DNA from: Clostridiales bacterium
Lineage (GTDB): Bacteria > Bacillota > Clostridia > Oscillospirales > Oscillospiraceae
Assembly (NCBI GenBank): GCA_022787565.1
Contig: JALFVN010000073.1
Location: 24,265 to 88,264, forward strand
Reading direction: 5' to 3'
DNA length: 64,000 nt
Shown: positions 9,151 through 17,741 of the stretch, piece after piece
Numbering within the stretch: position 1 is the first letter of the stretch
Layout: every line of letters starts with the position of its first letter
Notes under the pieces: model-generated
Seen by the model: only the letters and a program-made list of their open reading frames with translations
Told to the model about the DNA's origin: nothing
The model's database searches: none
Translations under genes and position numbers: made by a program

Positions 9151-10077
9151 TCAAAGCCCCGTCAGGTCAAAGTCCGGGATCATCTCGCCGGTGGCGGCCT
9201 CCGGCTCCTGCCAGTAGCCGTATTCCAGGCCCACCTTCTGCATATAGGCGCAGAGACGATCATTCATCTCCGGGCTGACCCGCTCACTCAGCTCCGGGAA
9301 GCGCTCCAGACCGGGCATGGGGGTATACTGGCACATGAGGGAGAAGAGCACGCTGCCTTTGGGAAATTCCTCCGCCGCGAAATCGATGGCGTCCATGGCG
9401 TTTAAGTCCTGGCCGGGCAAGATCAGGTGGCGGATCAGTACCCCGGAGCGCAGCAGCCCCTCCTCATCCACCACAAAGGGCCCGGTCTGGCGGTACATCT
9501 CTTTGATGGCGGCACGGGCGATTTCCGGGTAGTCCTCCGCGGCGGAATAGCGCCTGGCCGGGTCTCGCTTGGCATATTTGAAGTCCGGCATGTAGATCTG
9601 CACCAGACCCTCCAGCATTTTCAGGCTCTCCACGCTCTCATAGCCGGAGCTGTTCCACACCACCGGAATACCCAGATCAAGTCCGCCGAGAGCCTCCGCA
9701 ATGGGCCGGATAAAGTGGCTGGGGGTCACAAGGTTGATGTTGTGCACGCCCTGATCCCGCAGCCGCAGCAGGATATCCCGCAGCTCCGGCACGGTGACGG
9801 CTTTGCCGCCCCGGCCCCGGCTGATCTCCCGGTTCTGGCAGAACACGCATTTCAGATTGCAGCCGGTGAAAAACACTGTGCCCGAGCCCCGGATGCCGCT
9901 GATGCAGGGCTCCTCGCCGTAGTGGGGCGCGGCCCGGGCCACCACCGGAAGGGCCGGGCTCATACACACGCCGCCCCCCTTGTTTTCGCCCCTTTTCGCG
10001 CCGCAGCGGCGGGGACAATCTCTGCAAATATACTCCATGACCCAATCCTCATACTGATAAAAGTTTGACATATGCAA
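9151..10077 (-). CDS. Radical SAM protein, PflX-like (activase-like)
   Basis: 308 aa with the CNLKCVFCQN (CX3CX2C) radical SAM motif and an N-terminal extra Cys motif CRDCPRRC, typical of the PflX/COG1313-type family. Confidence 0.75.
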   Translation of the reverse strand: MHMSNFYQYEDWVMEYICRDCPRRCGAKRGENKGGGVCMSPALPVVARAAPHYGEEPCISGIRGSGTVFFTGCNLKCVFCQNREISRGRGGKAVTVPELRDILLRLRDQGVHNINLVTPSHFIRPIAEALGGLDLGIPVVWNSSGYESVESLKMLEGLVQIYMPDFKYAKRDPARRYSAAEDYPEIARAAIKEMYRQTGPFVVDEEGLLRSGVLIRHLILPGQDLNAMDAIDFAAEEFPKGSVLFSLMCQYTPMPGLERFPELSERVSPEMNDRLCAYMQKVGLEYGYWQEPEAATGEMIPDFDLTGL

Positions 10078-10257
10078 AATGACAAGAAAAGCCGTTCCTG
10101 CATGTGCAATTATAGCCCTGTTTTGTTAAATATGCAAGAATTCGCAAAAATCGAAAAAAAGTACATGATTTTTCTGATTTTTGTGCTAAAATGTTTTCGA
10201 ACCTGAGAAAGTAATTACAAAACAGAGCCTTGAACGAAAGATCCGGGAGGGAAGGAA

Positions 10258-10746
10258 ATGCTTGATATTGTTCTGGTAGAGCCTGAGATACCCCACAACA
10301 CCGGAGCCATTGCCCGCACCTGCGCGGTGACGGGAGCAAGGCTGCATCTGATAAAGCCCCTGGGTTTTGACATCTCCGATAAAGCTGTCAAACGCTGCGG
10401 GCTTGATTACTGGTATCTGGTGGATATCACCGTTTATGAAAACCTGGATGAGTACTTTGCAAAAAATGGTGATAATAATTTATATCTCGCCACCACCAAG
10501 GCGCCGAGAGCCTACCATCAGGCGGACATGAGCGGCGATGTGACGCTGATGTTCGGCAAGGAGACGGCGGGCCTGCCCCAGTGGCTGCGGGAGAAATACA
10601 GGGAGCGGTGCATCCGCATCCCCATGATCAGTGAGGCCCGGAGCTTGAACCTTTCAAACTCCGTTGCCGTGTTGGCATACGAGGCGCTGCGTCAGCAGGG
10701 CTTTCCGGGACTTCTGGAAACCGGAAGTATGTCAATGGATAGATAA
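10258..10746 (+). CDS. trmL: tRNA (cytidine/uridine-2'-O)-methyltransferase TrmL (SpoU family)
   Basis: 162 aa beginning MLDIVLVEPEIPHNTGAIARTC, with a SPOUT C-terminal knot SLNLSNSVAV. GGGAGGGAAGGA RBS. Confidence 0.85.
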   Translation: MLDIVLVEPEIPHNTGAIARTCAVTGARLHLIKPLGFDISDKAVKRCGLDYWYLVDITVYENLDEYFAKNGDNNLYLATTKAPRAYHQADMSGDVTLMFGKETAGLPQWLREKYRERCIRIPMISEARSLNLSNSVAVLAYEALRQQGFPGLLETGSMSMDR

Positions 10747-10766
10747 TAAATTGAGGAGGATAAACC

Positions 10767-11957
10767 ATGAACTACAACAAGAAAACCGTTTACGATGTGG
10801 ACGTAAAGGGCAAGAAGGTTCTGCTCCGCTGCGACTTTAACGTTCCCCAGAACAAAGAGACCGGCGAGATCACCAGCGACAAGCGTATCGTTGCCGCCAT
10901 CCCCACCATCAAATATCTGCTGGATAACGGCGCTGCCGTTATCGCCTGCTCCCACCTGGGCAAGCCCAAGGGCGAGTGGAAGACCAAGCTGACTCTGGCT
11001 CCTGTGGCAGAGAGACTGGCCCAGCTGCTGGGCCAGGATGTGATCTTCGCCAAGGACATCATCGGCGAGGACGCCCAGGCCAAGGCCGCCGCACTCCAGC
11101 CCGGCCAGATCCTTCTTCTGGAGAACCTGCGCTTCGACATCCGCGAGGAGAAGAACGGCGCCGACTTTGCCAAGGCCCTGGCCGACATGGCCGAGATCTT
11201 CGTGTCCGACGCTTTCGGCACCGTGCACAGAGCCCACGCCTCCACTGCCGGTGTGGCAGCTTACCTGCCCGCATACTCCGGCCTGCTGGTAGATAAAGAG
11301 CTGTCCATCATGGGCAAGGCGCTGGACGATCCCAAGCGCCCCTTCGTGGCCGTTCTGGGCGGCGCAAAGGTCTCCGACAAGATCAACGTGATCAACAACC
11401 TGCTGGAGAAGGCCGACACCATCATCATCGGCGGCGGCATGGCCTACACCTTCAAGAAGGCCCAGGGCTATGAGATCGGCACCTCCCTGCTGGAAGCCGA
11501 CCGCATCGACTACGCCAACGACATGATCGCCAAGGCCGCTGCCAAGGGCGTAAAATTCCTCCTGCCTGTTGACAACTACTGCGCAGCCGAATTCTCTGCC
11601 GACGCGGAGCCCGTTCTGGTTGAGGGCAATATCCCCGAGAACCTGATGGGCATGGACATCGGCCCCAAGACCGTGGCGCTCTTCACCGAGGCCGTCAAGG
11701 GCGCAGGCACCATCGTCTGGAACGGACCCATGGGCGTTTTCGAGTTTGACAAGTTTGCCGGCGGCACCAAGGCCATGGCCAAGGCACTGGCCGAGTCCGG
11801 CGCTGTGACCATCGTGGGCGGCGGTGACTCTGCGGCTGCTGTTGAAAAGCTGGGCTTTGCCGACAAGATCACCCACATTTCCACCGGCGGCGGCGCATCC
11901 CTGGAGTTCCTTGAGGGCAAGGAGCTGCCCGGCGTGGCCTGCCTGCAGGATAAGTAA
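10767..11957 (+). CDS. pgk: Phosphoglycerate kinase
   Basis: 396 aa with the canonical [15 protein letters not shown] and GGGDSAAA motifs. Confidence 0.97.
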   Translation: MNYNKKTVYDVDVKGKKVLLRCDFNVPQNKETGEITSDKRIVAAIPTIKYLLDNGAAVIACSHLGKPKGEWKTKLTLAPVAERLAQLLGQDVIFAKDIIGEDAQAKAAALQPGQILLLENLRFDIREEKNGADFAKALADMAEIFVSDAFGTVHRAHASTAGVAAYLPAYSGLLVDKELSIMGKALDDPKRPFVAVLGGAKVSDKINVINNLLEKADTIIIGGGMAYTFKKAQGYEIGTSLLEADRIDYANDMIAKAAAKGVKFLLPVDNYCAAEFSADAEPVLVEGNIPENLMGMDIGPKTVALFTEAVKGAGTIVWNGPMGVFEFDKFAGGTKAMAKALAESGAVTIVGGGDSAAAVEKLGFADKITHISTGGGASLEFLEGKELPGVACLQDK

Positions 11958-11980
11958 GTCAGAAAGAGGAGAATACCGCA

Positions 11981-12754
11981 ATGAACAGAAAATACCGCAA
12001 GACTGTTATAGCCGGCAACTGGAAGATGAATATGCTGGCCTCCGAGATCAAGCCCTTTATCGAGCAGCTCAAGGAGAACATGCCCAAGACCCGCGCCTGC
12101 GACGTGGTCCTGTGCACCCCCGCTGTGATGATCCCCGCCATGATCAAGGCTGGCAAGGAGTGCAAGGTTGCTGCCGGCGGCCAGGATGTGTCCAAGTTTG
12201 AAAAGGGCGCCTACACCGGCGAGGTCTCCGCAAGCCAGCTGGCCGATATCGGTGCAAAATACTGCATCGTCGGTCACTCCGAGCGCCGCCAGTACCACGG
12301 CGAGGACGATATGCTGGTCAACGCCAAGGCCAAAGCGTTGCTGGCCAAGGGCATTAACCCCATCATCTGCGTGGGCGAGAGCCTGGAGCAGCGTGAGATG
12401 GACCTGACCATGGAGTATGTGGCCTACCAGGTCAAGGCCGCCCTTAACGGCATCGACGCCACCCAGCTTCGCCGCTGCATCATCGCTTACGAGCCCATCT
12501 GGGCCATCGGCACCGGCAAGACCGCCACGGCCGAGCAGGCACAGGAGGTCTGCGAGGGAATCCGTGCCGTGGTCCGCAAGATCTACGGCGCCCGTCCCGC
12601 CCGCGCCGTCAGCATCCTCTACGGCGGCAGCATGAACGCCAAGAACGCCTATGAGCTTCTGGCCCAGCCTGATATCGACGGCGGACTGATCGGCGGCGCT
12701 TCCCTGAAGCCTGCGGACTTTGCCACCATTATCGCCGCCACCAATCAGGAGTAA
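11981..12754 (+). CDS. tpiA: Triosephosphate isomerase
   Basis: 257 aa with AGNWKMN, VGHSERR, YEPIWAIGTG and GGASL motifs. Confidence 0.97.
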   Translation: MNRKYRKTVIAGNWKMNMLASEIKPFIEQLKENMPKTRACDVVLCTPAVMIPAMIKAGKECKVAAGGQDVSKFEKGAYTGEVSASQLADIGAKYCIVGHSERRQYHGEDDMLVNAKAKALLAKGINPIICVGESLEQREMDLTMEYVAYQVKAALNGIDATQLRRCIIAYEPIWAIGTGKTATAEQAQEVCEGIRAVVRKIYGARPARAVSILYGGSMNAKNAYELLAQPDIDGGLIGGASLKPADFATIIAATNQE

Positions 12755-12779
12755 TCCTGAGAACGGAGAACAAGATTCA

Positions 12780-14297
12780 ATGAGCAAAAAAGCTGTTCTT
12801 ATCATTCTGGACGGCTACGGCCTGGCGGCTCCCACCGCCGGAAACGCCATAGCACAGGCCAAAAAACCCAATCTGGACCGGCTCTTCTCCCAGAACCCCT
12901 TCACCACCCTGTCCGCCTCCGGGCTGGATGTGGGTCTGCCTGAGGGGCAGATGGGCAACTCTGAGGTGGGACACACCAACATCGGCGCAGGCCGCGTGGT
13001 GTTCCAGATCCTGCCCAAAATGAGCCAGGAGATCGCAAACGGCAAATTCTTTGAAAATCCCGTCTATATCAAGGCCATGGAAGACGCCAAAGCTGGCGGC
13101 AAGGCCCTGCATATCATGGGTCTGCTGTCCACCGGCGGCGTTCACAGCCACCTGAGCCATATTTTTGCCATTCTGGACATGGCAAAGCAGCGGGACGTGG
13201 AAAAAGTCTATGTCCACTGCTTCCTGGACGGCCGCGACGTGGCCCCCAAGAGCGGCGCGGGCTTTGTCCGCCAGCTGCAGGACAAGTGCGATGCGCTGGG
13301 CAACGTGAAGATCGCTACGGTTCAGGGCCGCTTCTACGGTATGGACCGCGACAAGCGCTGGGATCGTGTGGAGGCGGGCTACAACGCCATCGTCTGCGGC
13401 GAGGGCCACCTTGACCCCGACGCCGTCCACGCCGTTGAAGCAAGCTACGCCGAGGATGTGACCGACGAGTTTGTCAAGCCCACCGTGGTCTGCCCCGAGG
13501 GCGTCATCAACCAGGGCGACAGCGTGATCTTCATGAACTTCCGCCCCGACCGGGCAAGAGAGATGACCTGGGCGCTGAACCTGCCCGATTTTGACGGCTT
13601 TACCCGGAAAAAGACCGTGTATCCGCTGTCCTATGTCTGCACTGCCCAGTACGACGAGGCGCTGCCCCTGCCCATCGCTTATCCGCCTGAGGAGATCGAA
13701 AACACCCTGGGCGACTATATCAGCGCAAAGGGACTGAAGCAGTTCCGCGTGGCGGAGACCGAGAAGTATGCCCATGTTACCTTCTTCTTCAACGGCGGCG
13801 TGGAAAAACAGACCGAGGGCGAGGAGCGCTGCCTGGTGCCCTCTCCCAAGGAGTATCCCACCTACGACCTGGTTCCCCGGATGAGCGCGGAGAAGGTGGC
13901 AGACAAATGCGTGGAGGCCATCGCTTCCGACGAGTACGCTCTGGTGGTCTGTAACTTTGCCAACTGCGACATGGTGGGCCACACCGGCGTTATGGACGCG
14001 GCTGTCACCGCCGTGGAGACTGTGGACGCCTGCATGGGCCGCATCATGGCCGAGGTGGCAAAGCACCCGGACACCGTGCTGCTGGTCACCGCCGACCACG
14101 GCAACGCCGACTGCATGTTCGACGAAAGCGGCAAGGTCAACACCGCCCATACCACCAACCCCGTGCCCTTCACCGTGTGCGAACAGGGCATCAGCCTGGC
14201 AGAGGGCGGCCGGCTTGCCGACATTGCGCCCACGATTCTGGCGGTTATGGGCCTTGAACAGCCCAAAGAAATGACCGGCCGGTCACTCATTCAGTAA
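12780..14297 (+). CDS. gpmI: 2,3-bisphosphoglycerate-independent phosphoglycerate mutase
   Basis: Internal ATG at 12780 (MSKKAVLIILDGYG); the track start at 12720 overlaps the tpiA end and is rejected. Motifs: GNSEVGHTNIGAGR, GGVHSH, ADHGNAD. Confidence 0.95.
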   Translation: MSKKAVLIILDGYGLAAPTAGNAIAQAKKPNLDRLFSQNPFTTLSASGLDVGLPEGQMGNSEVGHTNIGAGRVVFQILPKMSQEIANGKFFENPVYIKAMEDAKAGGKALHIMGLLSTGGVHSHLSHIFAILDMAKQRDVEKVYVHCFLDGRDVAPKSGAGFVRQLQDKCDALGNVKIATVQGRFYGMDRDKRWDRVEAGYNAIVCGEGHLDPDAVHAVEASYAEDVTDEFVKPTVVCPEGVINQGDSVIFMNFRPDRAREMTWALNLPDFDGFTRKKTVYPLSYVCTAQYDEALPLPIAYPPEEIENTLGDYISAKGLKQFRVAETEKYAHVTFFFNGGVEKQTEGEERCLVPSPKEYPTYDLVPRMSAEKVADKCVEAIASDEYALVVCNFANCDMVGHTGVMDAAVTAVETVDACMGRIMAEVAKHPDTVLLVTADHGNADCMFDESGKVNTAHTTNPVPFTVCEQGISLAEGGRLADIAPTILAVMGLEQPKEMTGRSLIQ

Positions 14298-14310
14298 CAA
14301 GTTCCTCTAA

Positions 14311-14570
14311 GCCTCCCCTGAAAGGGGAGGTGTCCCGGAGGGACGGAGGGGTTAAACACGCAGTGAAAACCGGCATAAGTTCTACGGTATCGCGGCGGTA
14401 ACTTCGCCGGACCCCTCAGTCTGCCTGCGGCAGCCAGCTCCCTCAAAATACCAAATCGAAGCCCAACGAAGTGGGTTCGATTTGGAGAGGAAGAAGGAAC
14501 AGACGGATATGGAGCTTTCGCGAACAGCGGAAGCGGAATGAAGTCTGTTTCTTCTGACGACAGGGGAGCC
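14311..14570. repeat. Family-B double-hairpin inverted-repeat element (gene-less), right arm interrupted by extra hairpins
   Basis: Left arm is gcctcccctgaaaggggaggtgtcccggagggacggagggg. The right arm cccctcagtctgcctgcggcagccagctccctc is separated from its closing aggggagcc (14562-14570) by ~115 bp, which carries ccaaatcgaa...ttcgatttgg and an imperfect (8/9) ggaacagac...gtctgtttc hairpin. Confidence 0.6.
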
Positions 14571-14613
14571 TATAAGGTAGTTATTCCAAATTATAAATAG
14601 AAGGGAAATTGCT

Positions 14614-15306
14614 ATGATTTACACCACAGAAGTTCAGCATATGTGCCCTGTCGCCAAGGGCGCATACCATGGCCCCGCTCCCATCCCCGAAGAGGGCAAA
14701 TGGGTCCAGGCCAAGGAAATCTCCGACATTTCCGGCTTTACCCACGGCATCGGCTGGTGCGCACCCCAGCAGGGCGCCTGCAAACTGACGCTGAATATCA
14801 AAAACGGCGTCATCGAGGAAGCACTGGTGGAGACCATCGGCTGCTCCGGCATGACTCACTCTGCCGCAATGGCTTCCGAGATCCTTATCGGCAAGACCAT
14901 TCTTGAGGCCCTGAACACCGACCTGGTCTGCGACGCCATCAACACCGCCATGCGCGAGCTGTTCCTTCAGATCGTCTACGGCCGCTCCCAGTCCGCCTTC
15001 TCCGAGGACGGGCTGGCCGTCGGCGCCTCCCTTGAAGACCTGGGCAAGGGCCTGCGTTCCCAGGTGGGCACCATGTTTGCCACCAAGGAGAAGGGCCCCC
15101 GTTACCTGGAACTGACCGAAGGCTACGTTACCCGCATTGCCCTCAACGCCGACAGCGAGATCGTCGGCTACGAGTTTGTGAGCCTGGGCAAGATGATGGA
15201 CTTCATCAAGAAGGGCGACGATGCCAACGAGGCGATGAAGAAGGCCACCGGCCACTACGGCCAGTGGGACACTGCCGCCAAATACATAGATCCCCGTCAG
15301 GAATAA
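14614..15306 (+). CDS. NifU-N-like (iron-sulfur scaffold-like) protein, partner of the GGGtGRT protein
   Basis: 230 aa. Contains GWCAPQQGACKLTLNIKNGVIEEALVETIGCSGMTHSAAMASE, which resembles an IscU/NifU N-terminal fold with conserved Cys. Confidence 0.55.
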   Translation: MIYTTEVQHMCPVAKGAYHGPAPIPEEGKWVQAKEISDISGFTHGIGWCAPQQGACKLTLNIKNGVIEEALVETIGCSGMTHSAAMASEILIGKTILEALNTDLVCDAINTAMRELFLQIVYGRSQSAFSEDGLAVGASLEDLGKGLRSQVGTMFATKEKGPRYLELTEGYVTRIALNADSEIVGYEFVSLGKMMDFIKKGDDANEAMKKATGHYGQWDTAAKYIDPRQE

Positions 15307-15324
15307 GAAAAGGAGGACGAGAAA

Positions 15325-16326
15325 ATGGCTCTGTTTGAAAACTACGACAGAAGAATCGCAAAGATAAACGCCGTCCTCTCCCAGTACGGCATCGGCTCCG
15401 TGGAGGAGTGCAGAGAGATCTGCAAGGAAAAGGGCTTCGACCCCTACGAGATCGCCAAGAGCATCCAGCCCATCTGCTTTGAGAACGTGTGCTGGGCCTA
15501 CTGCGTAGGCGCCGCCATCGCCATCAAGTCCGGCGCAAAGAACGCTGCCGAGGCCGCAAAGCTCATCGGCGTGGGTCTGCAGAGCTTCTGTCTGGACGGC
15601 TCCGTGGCAGAGGACCGCAAGGTCGGTCTGGGCCACGGCAACCTGGGCGCCATGCTGCTCAGCGACGAGACCAAGTGCTTCGCCTTCCTGGCCGGCCACG
15701 AGTCCTTCGCCGCTGCCGAGGGCGCTATCGGCATCGTGAAAAATGCCAACAAGGCCCGCAAGCAGCCCCTGCGCGTTATCCTCAACGGCCTGGGCAAGGA
15801 CGCCGCTCAGATCATCTCCCGTATCAACGGCTTCACCTATGTGCAGACCCAGTTTGACTACTTCACCGGCGAGCTGAAGGTCGTCCGCGAGATCCGCTAC
15901 TCCGAGACCGAGCGTGCCGACGTCCGCTGCTACGGCTGCGACGACGTGCGCGAGGGTGTTGCCATCATGCACGCTGAGGGCGTTGACGTGTCTATCACCG
16001 GCAACTCCACCAACCCCACCCGCTTCCAGCACCCTGTTGCCGGCACCTACAAGAAGGAATGCATCGAGCAGGGCAAGAAGTACTTCTCCGTGGCCTCCGG
16101 CGGCGGCACCGGCCGTACCCTGCACCCGGACAACATGGCAGCCGGCCCTGCTTCCTACGGCATGACCGACACCATGGGCCGTATGCACTCTGACGCCCAG
16201 TTTGCCGGCTCCTCCTCCGTGCCTGCCCACGTGGAGATGATGGGCTTTTTGGGCATGGGCAACAACCCCATGGTCGGCGCTACCGTCGCTGTGGCAGTTG
16301 CCGTGAACGAAGCACTGAACAAGTAA
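15325..16326 (+). CDS. GGGtGRT family protein (function unknown)
   Basis: 333 aa containing the eponymous SGGGTGRTLHPDNMAAGPASYGMTDTMGRMH motif. AAGGAGGA RBS. Confidence 0.8.
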   Translation: MALFENYDRRIAKINAVLSQYGIGSVEECREICKEKGFDPYEIAKSIQPICFENVCWAYCVGAAIAIKSGAKNAAEAAKLIGVGLQSFCLDGSVAEDRKVGLGHGNLGAMLLSDETKCFAFLAGHESFAAAEGAIGIVKNANKARKQPLRVILNGLGKDAAQIISRINGFTYVQTQFDYFTGELKVVREIRYSETERADVRCYGCDDVREGVAIMHAEGVDVSITGNSTNPTRFQHPVAGTYKKECIEQGKKYFSVASGGGTGRTLHPDNMAAGPASYGMTDTMGRMHSDAQFAGSSSVPAHVEMMGFLGMGNNPMVGATVAVAVAVNEALNK

Positions 16327-16343
16327 TTTCCCCATACGAATTC

Positions 16344-16379
16344 AAAATGAGGTCCCACCTTGACGGGACCTCATTTTTT
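16344..16379 (+). terminator. Rho-independent terminator
   Basis: aaaatgaggtccc-accttgac-gggacctcatttttt. Confidence 0.85.
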
Positions 16380-16494
16380 CGTGGACAAAGGTACTAAATT
16401 TTGAAATATATTTTTCAAGCCTTATTGCGTTTCCTTCCTGCTTGTAATAGAATGAGAGACGAGATTTCGGAAGGGAGATAAGGGAGGAACTACC

Positions 16495-17385
16495 ATGAGC
16501 GAAAAGAAGAAAAGGCGCTGGGGAGACCGGCGGGACGGACGGTGGGTGAGGGAGGCCCCCGGCCTGCAGACGGTTATGGCCCACCTGATGCCCAACCGCA
16601 CGGACTGCGAGGTCTACATTAACGACACGATTGACGCCACCGAGCTGATCAAATATCTGGAAAAGAAAAACGCGGAGCATCCCGAGTACAAGACCACCCT
16701 GTTCCACTGCTTCATTCTGGGCATTGCCCGCATGGTGAAGGAGCGACCGCTGATGAACCGCTTTATTCAGGGCAGGCGCATTTATGAGCGGGACGAGATC
16801 AGCCTGAGCTTTGTCTGCAAGCGCCGTTTTTCCGACAACGGGGAGGAAGCGCTGATGGTGCTGGTGCCCAAGGACACGGACACCATTGACGAGGTAAGCC
16901 GGAAGATCGTGGGCGATATAAACGAGACCCGCAAGAGCGAGCACTCCACCGGCGGCGTGGACGCGCTGCTGGACGCCTTTGCCAAGATCCCCCGCCCGCT
17001 GCTGATGCTGCTGATCCGCGTCATACGCTGGCTGGACTTCTGGGGACTGGAGCCGGATTTTATCACGGAGGGCGACCCCAATTACACAACCGTGCTGTGC
17101 AGCAATCTGGGCAGCATCAAGTGCAGCTCCGTCTACCATCATCTGAACAATTACGGCACCAACAGCATCATGGTCACCATCGGCACCCTGCATAAGGAGG
17201 AGCGCATCCTGCCTGACGGCAGCCGGGAACTGCGGGATGTGGTGGATATCGGCGCCACAGTGGATGAGCGCATCGCCGACGGCTTCTATTTTGCCCGCAG
17301 CCTCAAGCTGATCAAGCACATTTTCGCAAACCCCGAACTGCTGGACAAACCCCTCTGCGAGCCCAGCGGCTTTGACTATCAATAA
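16495..17385 (+). CDS. 2-oxoacid dehydrogenase acyltransferase catalytic-domain family protein (CAT-like fold)
   Basis: 296 aa with a C-terminal DERIADGFYFARSL motif (the DHRxxDG-like active-site region of E2/CAT-like acyltransferases). AAGGGAGGA RBS. Confidence 0.6.
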   Translation: MSEKKKRRWGDRRDGRWVREAPGLQTVMAHLMPNRTDCEVYINDTIDATELIKYLEKKNAEHPEYKTTLFHCFILGIARMVKERPLMNRFIQGRRIYERDEISLSFVCKRRFSDNGEEALMVLVPKDTDTIDEVSRKIVGDINETRKSEHSTGGVDALLDAFAKIPRPLLMLLIRVIRWLDFWGLEPDFITEGDPNYTTVLCSNLGSIKCSSVYHHLNNYGTNSIMVTIGTLHKEERILPDGSRELRDVVDIGATVDERIADGFYFARSLKLIKHIFANPELLDKPLCEPSGFDYQ

Positions 17386-17433
17386 GCGCCCGGAAAAAGG
17401 CTTCCCTTTTAGAGGGGTGCTCGTAATACAGTT

Positions 17434-17704
17434 AACGGAGCGTATCGGTGCGGATGCGCTCCGTTCAGCTTGTCAAAAAAGTCCTGATCGGACTTTTTTG
17501 ACCGCTTCAGCCGCCGAGCGTTTTGAGGAATTCAAAACGCTGCTTCGCCCAAAAGCCTGAAAGATCAGGCTTTTTTTCGGCGGGTTATTGGATTGCGAGG
17601 CGGGTCTTGCCCCCTCGCGCTCCCCCGCGGCTCTGTTGTCGGCATCAAAAGCACAGTTTTTTGACATGCTCGACGGAGCGCATCGGTACAGATACGCTCC
17701 GTTT
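17434..17704 (+). mobile_element. Family-C element copy 1: ~194-bp TIR-bearing structured core flanked by a duplicated local hairpin
   Basis: The core at 17472-17665 starts GTCAAAAAAGT and ends AGTTTTTTGAC. The flanks aacggagcgtatcggtgcggatgcgctccgtt (17434-17465) and gacggagcgcatcggtacagatacgctccgtt (17672-17703) are direct repeats with 5 mismatches. Confidence 0.7.
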
Positions 17705-17741
17705 CTTATGCCATTGTGACCTAGCTGCAGACAGCCTCCTT

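Noticed and set aside
14581-16335. 584-aa minus-strand ORF spanning both the NifU-like and GGGtGRT genes
   Set aside because: It crosses an intergenic RBS region of two plus-strand genes that have clear family motifs. It is Gly/Ala/Val/His-rich without motifs. Judged an antisense artefact.
17473-17667. Small ORFs lying inside the family-C elements (17473-17667, 46452-46682, 46531-46722, 62029-62319 and others)
   Set aside because: They are translations of a repeat whose conservation follows hairpin and TIR structure, with compensatory stem changes, rather than codon structure. The frames differ between copies.
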